Positions 33,947 to 43,545 are shown, counted from the stretch's first letter. The stretch is DNA of 54,201 nt from Rhodothermales bacterium (GCA_041738655.1 JBGSPJ010000401.1:1-54201), one strand, 5' to 3'. A program made the numbers and translations. Notes: generated by a model from the letters alone, not told the origin.

Positions 33947-36310
33947 CTAGCTGGCCACGTAACTATTCGAACCGTAACTATATCCGTACGTGTTCCGATA
34001 GCCGTACATGCTGCTCGGGTCGAATCGATTGAGCACTGTACCGATAACATTGGCGCCCACGCTCCGCAGTTCTTCGATGGACTGCTTGAGGGAGTCCATG
34101 TCTGTGCCGTCGGCCGAAGCAACGACGATGACGGCGTCGCACTGGCGCGAGAGGAGCACGGGGTCGACGGCGCCCAGGACGGGCGGGGTGTCGAAGATGA
34201 CGATGTCGAACTCGCTGCGGAAGCGTTCGACGAGATCGATCATCTTACGCGACCCGAGCAGTTCCGCCGGCTGGGAGACCGGGATGCCCGTGATCACATA
34301 GAGATTCTCGAACCCGGTGAAGAAGCGTTCGGAATCCCAGCGGCTTTCATCCTCCGAAAGCAGTTCGAGCAGGCTGGGGCCTTCGGGCAGGCCGAGCTTG
34401 TCATGCAGCGACGGACGACGGAGGTCCGCATCCACCACAAGCGTCCGCCGGCCGGCCTGCGCGGTTGTAAACGCGAGGTTCAGTGCCGTGGTGCTCTTTC
34501 CGGCGCCGGCCTTGGGGCTCGTGATCATCAGGTTCTGGATGCCACGGTCGTCGCGGCTGAACTGGAGCTTGATATAGAGCCGGCGATAGGCCTCAGCGAT
34601 CGGTGATATAGGGGCAATAAGGGCTACCAGGCCGGTGCTGATCTCGCGGCCCTCGAAGTCGATCTTGGTGCGTTTGCCAAACTCCTTCTTGATGAGCTGC
34701 CGCATGTCCGGCACGACGCCGATCATGTTGATGTCGCTCACCGTGAGGTCGTCCGGCGTGTAGACGCGGGTGTCCAGCTTCCGGCGGGCCACGGCGGCGC
34801 CCACACCCAGCATGAGGCCCAACATGAGGCCCATGGCAAGGTTGACGGCCTTGCGGGGTTTCAGCGGTGCTTCCGGCGCGACGGCGCTGCGGATGACTTT
34901 GGCGAAGCCGCGTTCGGATTGTTCGGCGATCCGGATCTGGCCGAGTTTCTGGGAAAGGATCGTGTACAGTTCCTCGGCGGCGCCCTGCTGGCGTTCCAAC
35001 TGGGTGAGCTCGATCGCTACGTCCGGGATGTTCTTGAGCTTGGCGTCATACTCGCGCAGGCGCTGCTCGAGACCGCGCACCCTCGCCTGCTGGCCGCTAA
35101 TGGCGATTCGCTCATCGGCGATCTTGCGCTTGAGATCGGCGAGGTACGTCATGCTCAGGCCCTCCTTCTTAGGGTCGATGCCGCCTGTGTTGACGAGGTC
35201 GTCGACATATTCTTCAGACAGGCTGCGGACCCGGGAGCGGAGCTGCGCGATCTGGGCCTGCATGTCCAACACGGTGGGGTTGCCCTCCGGGTTGTCACGC
35301 AACTGCGGGTTTTTCTGGAAGATTACATCCACCTGCATTTCCAGATCGGCGATGCGCTCCTGGGCCTGCTCCAATTCGCGCTCGACCGTCGAGGCGACAC
35401 GGTTTGTGAGGCGGGGCTGCATGTCCATCAACTCCTGTTCGAGCGTCAGTAGCTGGGATTCGCCCATGCTCTGCTCGATGCGCGCGTCCTCCAGCATGGC
35501 CTGCATGGTTGCAATCTGGGCGACAGTGTACTTGGCCTGTTCGTCCAGCGCCGTGGCGCCTTCGCGGCTCATATAGTTGGCCAGACGGGTCTCCAACTCG
35601 TCGAGTTCGATCTTCTTCTCCGCGAACTGCTGTTCGAGGAAGATCCGCTGGGCGGTCAGACGTTCGCGGCTCATGTCCTCGGTGAGGTGGACATATTCTT
35701 CCGCGTACATGTTGGCGATGAGCGCGGCCTCTTCGGCGGAGCTGCTGCTGGCGCTGATGATAAGCGCGTCTGCACTGCTCTCGCTGTCGGCCGGCTTGAT
35801 GCCCAGGTATTCCTCCTGGAGTAGCTGGGCGAGGTGGCTGATCGAAGTGCTCTCCTCGAGGATGGCCAGCGGCGCGCCCGAGACCGGGAGCGTGCGCATC
35901 TCGACGAGCCGGTCCGCCGTGCGCCGGGCAATCTCGGTGGATTGCTGAAGCAATAGTTGCTGCGTTTGGAGCTTGGAGTCTGCTCTCATGCCGCCCTTCA
36001 GGAAGTTCGGCGCCAGCTTATCTTCGTCCGTCGTCGCCTTTGTGTCCACGAGCAGCAGGGTGCTCGCCTGATAGACCGGCACCATGGTGAAGGTATAGAC
36101 CGTCACGGCCGTGAACACCAGCGACGCGATGCCGATGATGTACCACTTACCCAGGCGTAAAATTTCGAGCGCCTCGTGCAGAGCCGTTTTCGAATCCGGT
36201 TCCTTTCGGCCGTACATGGGGCCCATGAAACGAGGATCGGGGGGGCCCATTTGCTGCGCGGGAAGATTCTGGTAGTATCCGCGACTTACGGGGTAAGAGT
36301 TGTTGTCCAT
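33947..36310 (-). CDS. wzc: Polysaccharide co-polymerase / tyrosine autokinase (Wzc, GumC-like)
   Basis: Start set at the ATG at 36310 (MDNNSYPV). Wzz-type N-terminus with a TM helix and a long coiled-coil. Walker A SPKAGAGKST, A' VVDADLRRP, B IVIFDTPP. C-terminal Tyr cluster YGYRNTYGYSYGSNSY. Confidence 0.9.
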   Translation of the reverse strand: MDNNSYPVSRGYYQNLPAQQMGPPDPRFMGPMYGRKEPDSKTALHEALEILRLGKWYIIGIASLVFTAVTVYTFTMVPVYQASTLLLVDTKATTDEDKLAPNFLKGGMRADSKLQTQQLLLQQSTEIARRTADRLVEMRTLPVSGAPLAILEESTSISHLAQLLQEEYLGIKPADSESSADALIISASSSSAEEAALIANMYAEEYVHLTEDMSRERLTAQRIFLEQQFAEKKIELDELETRLANYMSREGATALDEQAKYTVAQIATMQAMLEDARIEQSMGESQLLTLEQELMDMQPRLTNRVASTVERELEQAQERIADLEMQVDVIFQKNPQLRDNPEGNPTVLDMQAQIAQLRSRVRSLSEEYVDDLVNTGGIDPKKEGLSMTYLADLKRKIADERIAISGQQARVRGLEQRLREYDAKLKNIPDVAIELTQLERQQGAAEELYTILSQKLGQIRIAEQSERGFAKVIRSAVAPEAPLKPRKAVNLAMGLMLGLMLGVGAAVARRKLDTRVYTPDDLTVSDINMIGVVPDMRQLIKKEFGKRTKIDFEGREISTGLVALIAPISPIAEAYRRLYIKLQFSRDDRGIQNLMITSPKAGAGKSTTALNLAFTTAQAGRRTLVVDADLRRPSLHDKLGLPEGPSLLELLSEDESRWDSERFFTGFENLYVITGIPVSQPAELLGSRKMIDLVERFRSEFDIVIFDTPPVLGAVDPVLLSRQCDAVIVVASADGTDMDSLKQSIEELRSVGANVIGTVLNRFDPSSMYGYRNTYGYSYGSNSYVAS

Positions 36311-37033
36311 AGTTCTTTGTTTAATCAATGCGAACGGACGGCGGTGTTCGGCCCGTGTGCGGCACCGGTTACCCGTATCTGTCGACGCCAACTACTCGTC
36401 GCACGAGTGTCGTGTCACAGAAACGGCGGCGAACTCTAGTTTAACGACAGTAAGTTCGCTCACCCGGAGTGGGTCACACACACAGGCGGACATCGCTCGG
36501 ACGTCCAGCTGCTGCACTAGGTACTGGGAGAATTCGCGCAAGAACTGAGAACGGGGGGATGGGTCGCCCGAAGCCAGCAGGGCCAGCATCGGACCAGGTT
36601 GTCGGGTATGACTTAACCCTTATTCATCAAGTTCCTGCGTGGTGGGGCAACTCCTTGAAAAAAGTCTATTTACACAGACAAAATATCGACCCAAATCTCG
36701 ATTTGCTTTAATGGGTGATCTGGCACGATTATTAATTGGTGAAATGAGTCCCGAATAAGGACTCGATTTCGTCCGCTCTTTCCGCGCCCCCCGCGAGCTG
36801 CGACGAATTGGTGATCGAACGATGAACATTTGGTGACATCCGTGTACGTCGTACGCCTTATGGCTTGGTCCCGGCCATCGGCGTGCTTCCCCCCGGCCGA
36901 CGTACGGTACCCTCGGTGTAGCCCAGTGGAATCGTTCAGGAGAAAGGCAACATACTCTGGCCCGCGGCCTACGTGCCGGCTCGTTCTACGTGCCGTACGC
37001 CGCTTCATCACAGGGGTGCAACCCCCTTACGCT

Positions 37034-37324
37034 ATGGCTCTACCTACCAAGGCTCAAACCACGCAACCGTTTTCCCTCCAGGCGCTCATGCCCCAGGGGC
37101 TTCAGCCGGAAAAAGCGAACGACGAGCAGATCGAGCGATTCGTTCGTTTTACGAGCGCCCTCGACGAAGCCGCGCAGGACGCGGTCGGCCGCTCGATCCA
37201 GCGCCACTACGACGCCGCGGCCGTCGAACGCTTCTACCGCGAGTTCTACGACATCTACGATGCGCTGGACGAGGAGACGCCGGCGCACGTCCAGGCCTTT
37301 GCCGATTCCCTTTTCAGCGAATAA
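37034..37324 (+). CDS. Small acidic hypothetical protein (96 aa)
   Basis: ORF from the ATG at 37034 (MALPTKAQTT...) with GC3-rich codon usage like the neighbouring genes. No recognisable motif. Divergent from the wzc operon. Confidence 0.4.
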   Translation: MALPTKAQTTQPFSLQALMPQGLQPEKANDEQIERFVRFTSALDEAAQDAVGRSIQRHYDAAAVERFYREFYDIYDALDEETPAHVQAFADSLFSE

Positions 37325-37514
37325 AAGGCGGGACACGCCTACAACACAGGCTTCGATCCGCATTTCATTTGGCGATGAAGGGCGATGAACGTACTTTGGC
37401 GCCGGCTATCCCTCCCGGCTGTGGCGTACCGACGCTACGGCCGGGGGAAAATTGGCCTGGCAGACCCACCTGGCCGCGCCATCCCCCTGTTGTTCCTCGT
37501 CTGTCACTTCTACC

Positions 37515-38060
37515 ATGGGTAACCTGGATCTGGTCATACTTGTCGGCCTGGTAATCGGTCTGGCGCGTGGTTTCTCCACCGGAGGTATCCGTCAGTTGTT
37601 CAGCCTCGCCGGCATTCTGTTCGCTTTTGTGTTCGCTGCCCAGTTGATGCGGTCCGTTGGCGATCGCCTGGCCGGCTCCGCGGGGCTCTCGCCGGGTCTG
37701 GCGCCCATCGTGGGGTTCATCGCCATCTTCCTGGTCGTCCAGGTGGCCGCCTACGCGGTGTCGAGGCTGCTCGAAACGTTCCTGAAGGCGCTCAAGCTGG
37801 GCATCGTGAATCGCGTGGTCGGGGGCGCCATCGGTGGCTTCAAGGCCATGCTGGTTCTTAGCCTGGCCTTTTTTGCGTTTGGCTACGTAGGCATCCCGGA
37901 GCCGGCCAGCCGCGATGCGTCGTTATTTTATCACACGGTATCCGCCATCCTGCCCGGCACCTGGAATTACATTTCCGCACGGCTCCCGCTGCTCAACCGG
38001 ATCGATGTCCGTGGTGACGATCCCGCGGCCGGCGCGGCGCCGCCGGCGACTCCGAACTGA
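37515..38060 (+). CDS. cvpA: CvpA-family membrane protein
   Basis: Start set at the ATG at 37515 (MGNLDLVILVGLVIGLARGFSTG). Four hydrophobic helices typical of colicin V production protein family members. Confidence 0.75.
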   Translation: MGNLDLVILVGLVIGLARGFSTGGIRQLFSLAGILFAFVFAAQLMRSVGDRLAGSAGLSPGLAPIVGFIAIFLVVQVAAYAVSRLLETFLKALKLGIVNRVVGGAIGGFKAMLVLSLAFFAFGYVGIPEPASRDASLFYHTVSAILPGTWNYISARLPLLNRIDVRGDDPAAGAAPPATPN

Positions 38061-38084
38061 CGCGCGTCGTCGCCCCCAGGCCCC

Positions 38085-41000
38085 ATGGTTCCCGTAGAAC
38101 TACGCCTCAGCAACTTCCTCAGCTACGGCGCCGAAACGCAGTGCCTGGACTTCCAATCGTTCCACGTGGCCTGCCTTTCGGGCCAGAACGGACAGGGTAA
38201 GTCGGCCCTCCTCGATGCAATGACCTGGGCGCTCTGGGGCGAAGCGCGCAAATCCAGCGGGAGCCACAAACCGGATGAAGAACTCCTCCGCATTGGCGCC
38301 CACCGCATGCGGGTCGAACTCATCTTTGATGTCGAGGGAGCCCGCTACCGCGTCCTCCGAGGGTATGCCCGTTCAGCCTCCGGCAAAACAAGCAAACCGG
38401 AGCTCGAACTCCACCTCCTCGGGGACAGCGAAAACCTGGATCAGGGCAAGCCGCTCACGCGGGCCTCGATCCGCGAAACGCAGGAAGTGCTCGACGAACT
38501 GCTCGGGTTGGATTATTCGACCTTCATCAACTCGGCCTTCCTGCTGCAAGGGCGTTCGGACGAGTTTACCAAGAAACGCCCGAATGAGCGGAAAGACATT
38601 CTCGCGCGCATCTTGAATCTCGATCGGTATGAGCAACTTTCGCTGGCCGCGAGGGATCAGGAGCGGGCGTTTTCGGAGCAATGCGACCGGGAAACCGAAA
38701 CCATAACACGCTTGTCGCAATCCCTCGAGGAAGAGGCCGGCTGCCTGCTGGATCAGGCGGAATTGCAGACCCAGCTCCAGGACGGGGCTATGCTGCTTGC
38801 TGCCGTTACCGCTTCCGAGGTTGAAAGCGCCCGTCGGCTGGCCGACTACGCACATCGCGCCCGTGAAATCGAATCACTCCAGGTTGCCCTCGAAAGGCTC
38901 GCCGGCGAGGAGTCCCACCTGTCCGAAAACGCGGCGCTCCTCGATCGGCAGGTGAGCGACGCCGATGCGCTGCTCGAGCGCGCGGCCGAGATCGATGCCG
39001 GCCATCAGCGGTACCTGGCGCTTCAGGCAGAGCTCGATGTCCTTGACGAAAAACGGGAGCTTTACCGCGAGAAACAACTGGAGATCGAACAACACGCCGG
39101 TGCGTTGCGCGATGCCGCCTATGCGCTGGAAAGAACGCTCCACGCACTCGATGTGGAGCAGAAACGCCTGGAAGACAGCCGGCGCGAGATGGACGAACAA
39201 CTCGGTGAACGGCCCACGCTCGACGCGCGTATCGAGGAAGCACGCGTGGCTTCGACGGCGCTCGATCAGTTGCTACGGGATGCCGAACGGCGCAACCGAC
39301 TCCAGGAGAAGATTCGGGCGATCGAGCAAACGCTGGTCGGCTTCCGCGAGGCGTTGGCGGGCGAACAGCGCGAGCTTGCCCGACAACTTGCTCAGCGGAA
39401 AACGGTTGAACGCGAGCGCCAGGAATGTACCCAACGGCGAGCGCGGCTTGTGGAAGAACTTGCCGGAAAAGCGGAAATTGATGCCGCCCTCGAAGCACTC
39501 ACGGCTGAAGGGCAGTCCCAGAATGATGCTCTGACACAAAAAAAGGGGACGATCGATGCGCTGGAAGCAGAAATAACCCGGATAGACAAGCGTCTCAAGA
39601 CGCTGGAAGCCGTGGAGGAAGGGGAGTGCCCCACCTGCGGCCAGCCCCTCACTACCAGCCATCGCGACACGGCTGTCTTTCGTTATCGGCGCGAGCAGGC
39701 GACGCTCGAACAGGCCCGCGACGAAGCGAACCGGTGGCTGGAGAGACAACAAGAGGTAATCGAGGCGACGCGCACCCGGTACCGGCAGGTCCGCCATCAG
39801 CAGAACGCGCTTTCAACGATTGCAGAACGCCTGGCCGGCGTGGAGGCAGAATGGAAAAGTTTATCCCAACGGATTGAGGCGTTTGATCAGATCGAAGATC
39901 GCCTGGCCGATGTCGCGCGAACGATCGAGCGGCAAGCGTTCGGCGAAGCCGAACGTGAAGCGTTGGACGCCCTCCTGGAAGAGCGGGATGCACTCCATGT
40001 GGACGAAAAGGCCCTGGACGAGGCGCGAGCGCATCGCGTTCGTTTGCAGCAATTTGAAGAGCGCCGGCGATTTCTGGATCAGCTGGAACGGCGGTTTGAA
40101 GAGGCTGGCCACCAGCTGGCGGTTGCGGATAAGAAACGGCAGGAGGCCCGGCGCGACGATGAACCCGGTGGCCGCCTGGCGCGGCAAAGAGAAACGTTGA
40201 AGCGCCTAGAAGCCGAGTGCGCCGGCATCGGTTTCGAGCCGGCGCGGTTCGACGTCCTGAGGCAAGAAGTGCGAGGTTTGGCCTCCGTGGTGCAGGCACA
40301 CCACGCGCTTGCGACGGCGCGGGCGCAACGTCCTGATTGGTTGACACAGCGAAGCCGAATCGAGGTCCGGCAGACGCAAATCGGTGAGGAACGGGTTACC
40401 CTGCTCACTCGGCTGGAAGGCCTCCAGTCAGATGCTGTCGATCGCGGTGCGCTGGAGCGCGACACCGAAGAAAAACGCCGTTATCGCGAGGAAATCGCCG
40501 CGCGTCTGCGTGAGTTAGATGTGCGCCGTGGGGAACTGAATGCCCGCATCGAACAATTCGGGCGGGATCGCGAGGCGCTCGAGCGAGCAAAAGCCGGCCT
40601 GCAGGAAGCCGAGCGAGAGCGCACGCTGTACCGGCATCTGCGTACAGCATTCGGGAAAAACGGCATCCCGTCGCTTATCATCGAAGAGACGCTACCCGAA
40701 ATCGAGCACCGGGCCAACGAATTACTCGACCGCCTGTCCGATGGCCGGATGCACGTACGGCTGGAAACATTGAAGGATAAAAAAACGGGCGGTACCCGGG
40801 AGACGCTGGATATCATCATTGCCGACGAAAACGGAGCGGCCAGACCGTACGAGACGTTTTCAGGGGGCGAGGCGTTTCGCGTCAACTTCGCGCTGCGGAT
40901 TGCCCTGTCTCAGCTGTTGGCCGAGCGAAAAGGGGTGCGCATTCGTACGCTGGGGATCGACGAAGGCTTCGGAACGCAGGACGAACAGGGCATCGAGAGC

Positions 41001-41150
41001 ATGATCGACGCGATCCAGACGATCAAGGACGACTTTGATAAGATCCTCGTCATCACCCACCTCGATCGATTGAAAGAGGCGTTTCCGGTCCGCATCGAAG
41101 TCGAAAAACACCCGGTATCGGGATCGCGCTTCCAGATAATCGGGGTGTAA
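38085..41150 (+). CDS. sbcC: SbcC/Rad50-family ATPase (DNA double-strand break repair)
   Basis: 1021 aa. Walker A GQNGQGKSALLDA. Long coiled-coil interrupted by the zinc hook CPTCGQP. ABC signature FSGGEAF. Walker B/D-loop LGIDEGFGTQD. H-loop VITH. Confidence 0.88.
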   Translation: MVPVELRLSNFLSYGAETQCLDFQSFHVACLSGQNGQGKSALLDAMTWALWGEARKSSGSHKPDEELLRIGAHRMRVELIFDVEGARYRVLRGYARSASGKTSKPELELHLLGDSENLDQGKPLTRASIRETQEVLDELLGLDYSTFINSAFLLQGRSDEFTKKRPNERKDILARILNLDRYEQLSLAARDQERAFSEQCDRETETITRLSQSLEEEAGCLLDQAELQTQLQDGAMLLAAVTASEVESARRLADYAHRAREIESLQVALERLAGEESHLSENAALLDRQVSDADALLERAAEIDAGHQRYLALQAELDVLDEKRELYREKQLEIEQHAGALRDAAYALERTLHALDVEQKRLEDSRREMDEQLGERPTLDARIEEARVASTALDQLLRDAERRNRLQEKIRAIEQTLVGFREALAGEQRELARQLAQRKTVERERQECTQRRARLVEELAGKAEIDAALEALTAEGQSQNDALTQKKGTIDALEAEITRIDKRLKTLEAVEEGECPTCGQPLTTSHRDTAVFRYRREQATLEQARDEANRWLERQQEVIEATRTRYRQVRHQQNALSTIAERLAGVEAEWKSLSQRIEAFDQIEDRLADVARTIERQAFGEAEREALDALLEERDALHVDEKALDEARAHRVRLQQFEERRRFLDQLERRFEEAGHQLAVADKKRQEARRDDEPGGRLARQRETLKRLEAECAGIGFEPARFDVLRQEVRGLASVVQAHHALATARAQRPDWLTQRSRIEVRQTQIGEERVTLLTRLEGLQSDAVDRGALERDTEEKRRYREEIAARLRELDVRRGELNARIEQFGRDREALERAKAGLQEAERERTLYRHLRTAFGKNGIPSLIIEETLPEIEHRANELLDRLSDGRMHVRLETLKDKKTGGTRETLDIIIADENGAARPYETFSGGEAFRVNFALRIALSQLLAERKGVRIRTLGIDEGFGTQDEQGIESMIDAIQTIKDDFDKILVITHLDRLKEAFPVRIEVEKHPVSGSRFQIIGV

Positions 41151-41218
41151 AAGAATAGGCGAATAGCTGACAGATGATGAAACGCGTACCACGCAACGAG
41201 ACAACGCGTAACGTCCGC

Positions 41219-42052
41219 TCAGAAGTCGAACCGGAGTTGCCCGCCGAAGCCATCCTGCTGCAGGTTGTTAAATCCGATGCTGGCGTCTTCTACAGTGTAA
41301 ATGAGGTGGACGGTGGCGGCCGATGCAAATCGGACGCCGAGGGCTCCCGTGAGTCGATAAAACTGGGGCCGGCCTCCGCCCAGCATGGTCCGATACGCAA
41401 AAAGCGCCTGCATCGAGAGTCGGGACAAGAGCATGACATGGAGATCGCCCGCGTAACCGAGCTCATAACTTCGCCGGCGTTCTAGGATTTCAGGGCCGAG
41501 GCCTTCGTAGAGGAACGATCCCAATTTGACGGTAGTAAGGCCAGCCGAGCCGATGGCGCGGAGGGAGAAGAAAAACCGCGGAGTCTGGATGAGCAGCGAC
41601 GGCCCAAGGCGCAGGTTGACCCAGCGGAAATCCGTGTCCATCCAACCCGCGCGGTTGAAGTCGAACAACGTCAACCCGATGCTGAGCGGAGTTCGCACGA
41701 GATCCATGTCGATCAGGCCGGCGCGCCACCGGAAGTCGAACGTGGTGAGATCGGTCGTTCGGACGCCGGCGGAAAGCAGGAGGGTTTCCACGCGGCCGGT
41801 GCCACCTGCGCCCGGGTCCAGTTCATCGGGAGAAGCCAGGCGGATGTAGCCCAGTTCCGCATGGTAGGAACCCGATACTGGGAGGTAAAATACGCGCGGC
41901 GATAGTTCGACCGCCGGCAAGTCCACGGGGAAAAACGTCGACTGGGCGCGAACGGCCAAAGTGGGCGTGAGCAAGATGGCCAGGAGGGCGCACCAGACCA
42001 AGGCGTCATTTATCCGCTTCAACACGCGTGCGGGCCGGGTTGCTTGAGCCAT
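41219..42052 (-). CDS. Outer-membrane beta-barrel protein (hypothetical)
   Basis: Signal peptide from the ATG at 42052 (MAQATRPARVLKRINDALVWCALLAILLTPTLAVRAQS). Alternating amphipathic strands. C-terminal QLRFDF with a terminal Phe. The GTG at 42025 is an alternative start that shortens the overlap with the EamA gene. Confidence 0.6.
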   Translation of the reverse strand: MAQATRPARVLKRINDALVWCALLAILLTPTLAVRAQSTFFPVDLPAVELSPRVFYLPVSGSYHAELGYIRLASPDELDPGAGGTGRVETLLLSAGVRTTDLTTFDFRWRAGLIDMDLVRTPLSIGLTLFDFNRAGWMDTDFRWVNLRLGPSLLIQTPRFFFSLRAIGSAGLTTVKLGSFLYEGLGPEILERRRSYELGYAGDLHVMLLSRLSMQALFAYRTMLGGGRPQFYRLTGALGVRFASAATVHLIYTVEDASIGFNNLQQDGFGGQLRFDF

Positions 42053-42956
42053 GAATACGCATGAGGACCACACCACCGATGGCCATGGCGCCTCCGACGA
42101 GTTGGATCCAGGTGATGGGTTCATCCAGAAAAATGGCCCCGGTCGCGAGCGCGACGATAGGCACCAGGTTACCGAACAGGGCGGTATAATTCGCGCCGGC
42201 ATGTTTTACCGATACGTTCCAGACAACGACGGCCAGTCCGGTTGACAGGGCGCCTGAGTAGAAGATCGAGAGCCAGATGCCCGGTGTTACATCCGCCCAG
42301 AGAATGGTGCTGATATGGGGTAGGCCGATCGCCATCAAAAAAGGCATCGCGACGAGCAAACCCACAAAAGACAACTCGAGAGGAGGGATAAACCGGCTCG
42401 TGGGGCGGGCCAGTGCCGTATACGTTCCCCACATCACGCTGGCGCCCAGAATCAACACGTTTCCGGCTAACGTCGCGTTGTCGAAAGAGATCCGTTCGTG
42501 GCCGGCGAAGACGATGATGGCGGTGCCTGCCAGGGAAGCCGCGAGCCCGAGTACCGTCACGCGATCGGTGGCCTCATACCCCCGTAGATGACCCACAAGG
42601 ACAGTCCATGCCGGAGCGCTCGCCATGATAAGCGCCGCCGTGCCGGAAGTGGTTCGGGCAATTCCCAGGATAAAAAACAACTGGTAGAACAACGTGCCGA
42701 CGAGTCCGAGCACGATTATTCGGACCGCATGCCGGCCAAACAAGGCTACCAGCCCGACCCGGTCGCTGCTCCGCCTTGACCAGACGACGATGCCCATCGT
42801 CAACGTCGACACGAGAAAGCGGAATACGTTCAACGCAAAAGGGTGCATGACGGTCAGTGCATGCTTCACGATGGGGAAATTGATCCCCCACACCAGAACA
42901 ACGGCCAGCAGGGCCAGGTCGTGCGTGGGGCGGGGTATCGCTCGATCCAGGGACAC
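42006..42956 (-). CDS. DMT-superfamily (EamA) transporter
   Basis: 316 aa, 10 predicted TM helices in two EamA-like halves. Confidence 0.85.
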   Translation of the reverse strand: MSLDRAIPRPTHDLALLAVVLVWGINFPIVKHALTVMHPFALNVFRFLVSTLTMGIVVWSRRSSDRVGLVALFGRHAVRIIVLGLVGTLFYQLFFILGIARTTSGTAALIMASAPAWTVLVGHLRGYEATDRVTVLGLAASLAGTAIIVFAGHERISFDNATLAGNVLILGASVMWGTYTALARPTSRFIPPLELSFVGLLVAMPFLMAIGLPHISTILWADVTPGIWLSIFYSGALSTGLAVVVWNVSVKHAGANYTALFGNLVPIVALATGAIFLDEPITWIQLVGGAMAIGGVVLMRIHGSSNPARTRVEADK

Positions 42957-43105
42957 AGGCGTTAGCGAGATAGGGGAGGGAGATAAGTCAATCTTCTGAG
43001 AAAAGAGATAATCTCGGCATTGGAATATAGATGGGGGAGTGTACTTTAGCCTGTTTCTATTCGTACTTTGCGATAAATTCCAACGTCGTCAAAGGCGCGT
43101 GCACT

Positions 43106-43432
43106 ATGGCAGCCGGCATCCGAAAATTGTACTACTCCATTGGCGAGGTGAGTAAGCTCACCGGTCTGGAGCAGCATGTGCTGCGGTACTGGGAAACCGA
43201 GTTTCCAGAGCTGAAACCCCAGAAAAATCGGGCCGGCCGGCGAATCTACACCGAGGCGGATGTCGACTTCATCCAGCGCATTCGCCATCTGCTACGCGAA
43301 GAGAAATACACCATCGAGGGTGCCCGAAAGGCGCTCGCACAGGAAGAGCAGGCACCTGACCACAAAGAAGCATTTCGCAAGGAACTTCTGGCGCTTCGGG
43401 AGTTTCTCTACGACCTCAAAAAACAGCTCTGA
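43106..43432 (+). CDS. Small MerR-family transcriptional regulator
   Basis: Start set at the ATG at 43106. Mer[25 protein letters not shown] ... RIYTEADV, with a short C-terminal helix only and no obvious effector domain. Confidence 0.8.
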   Translation: MAAGIRKLYYSIGEVSKLTGLEQHVLRYWETEFPELKPQKNRAGRRIYTEADVDFIQRIRHLLREEKYTIEGARKALAQEEQAPDHKEAFRKELLALREFLYDLKKQL

Positions 43433-43448
43433 GGGACGTAACCGGTTT

Positions 43449-43522
43449 CGGGACGTGGCGCAGCCCGGTAGCGCACTTGCATGGGGTGCAAGGGGTCGCG
43501 AGTTCGAATCTCGCCGTCCCGA
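43449..43522 (+). tRNA. tRNA-Pro (anticodon GGG), CCA not encoded
   Basis: Manual cloverleaf. Acceptor CGGGACG/CGTCCCG. D arm GCGC-AGCCCGGTA-GCGC. Anticodon arm CTTGC-AT[GGG]GT-GCAAG with G37. Variable loop GGGTC. T arm GCGAG-TTCGAAT-CTCGC. Discriminator A. 74 nt. Confidence 0.9.
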
Positions 43523-43545
43523 CGAAATCACCGCGTAGACCGCGA

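Noticed and set aside
36329-36340. ops/JUMPStart-like GGCGGTGT motif upstream of wzc
   Set aside because: It lies on the plus strand, which is the wrong orientation for the minus-strand wzc transcript. It also deviates from the GGCGGTAG core, so it is likely chance in GC-rich DNA.
38085-41150. SbcC-like ATPase as the core of an SMC-type anti-phage system (Lamassu/Wadjet-like)
   Set aside because: The protein has the canonical SbcC/Rad50 architecture, including the CxxC zinc hook. There is no adjacent nuclease, kleisin-like or effector gene. The neighbours are cvpA and an OM barrel. There is not enough evidence for a defence call.
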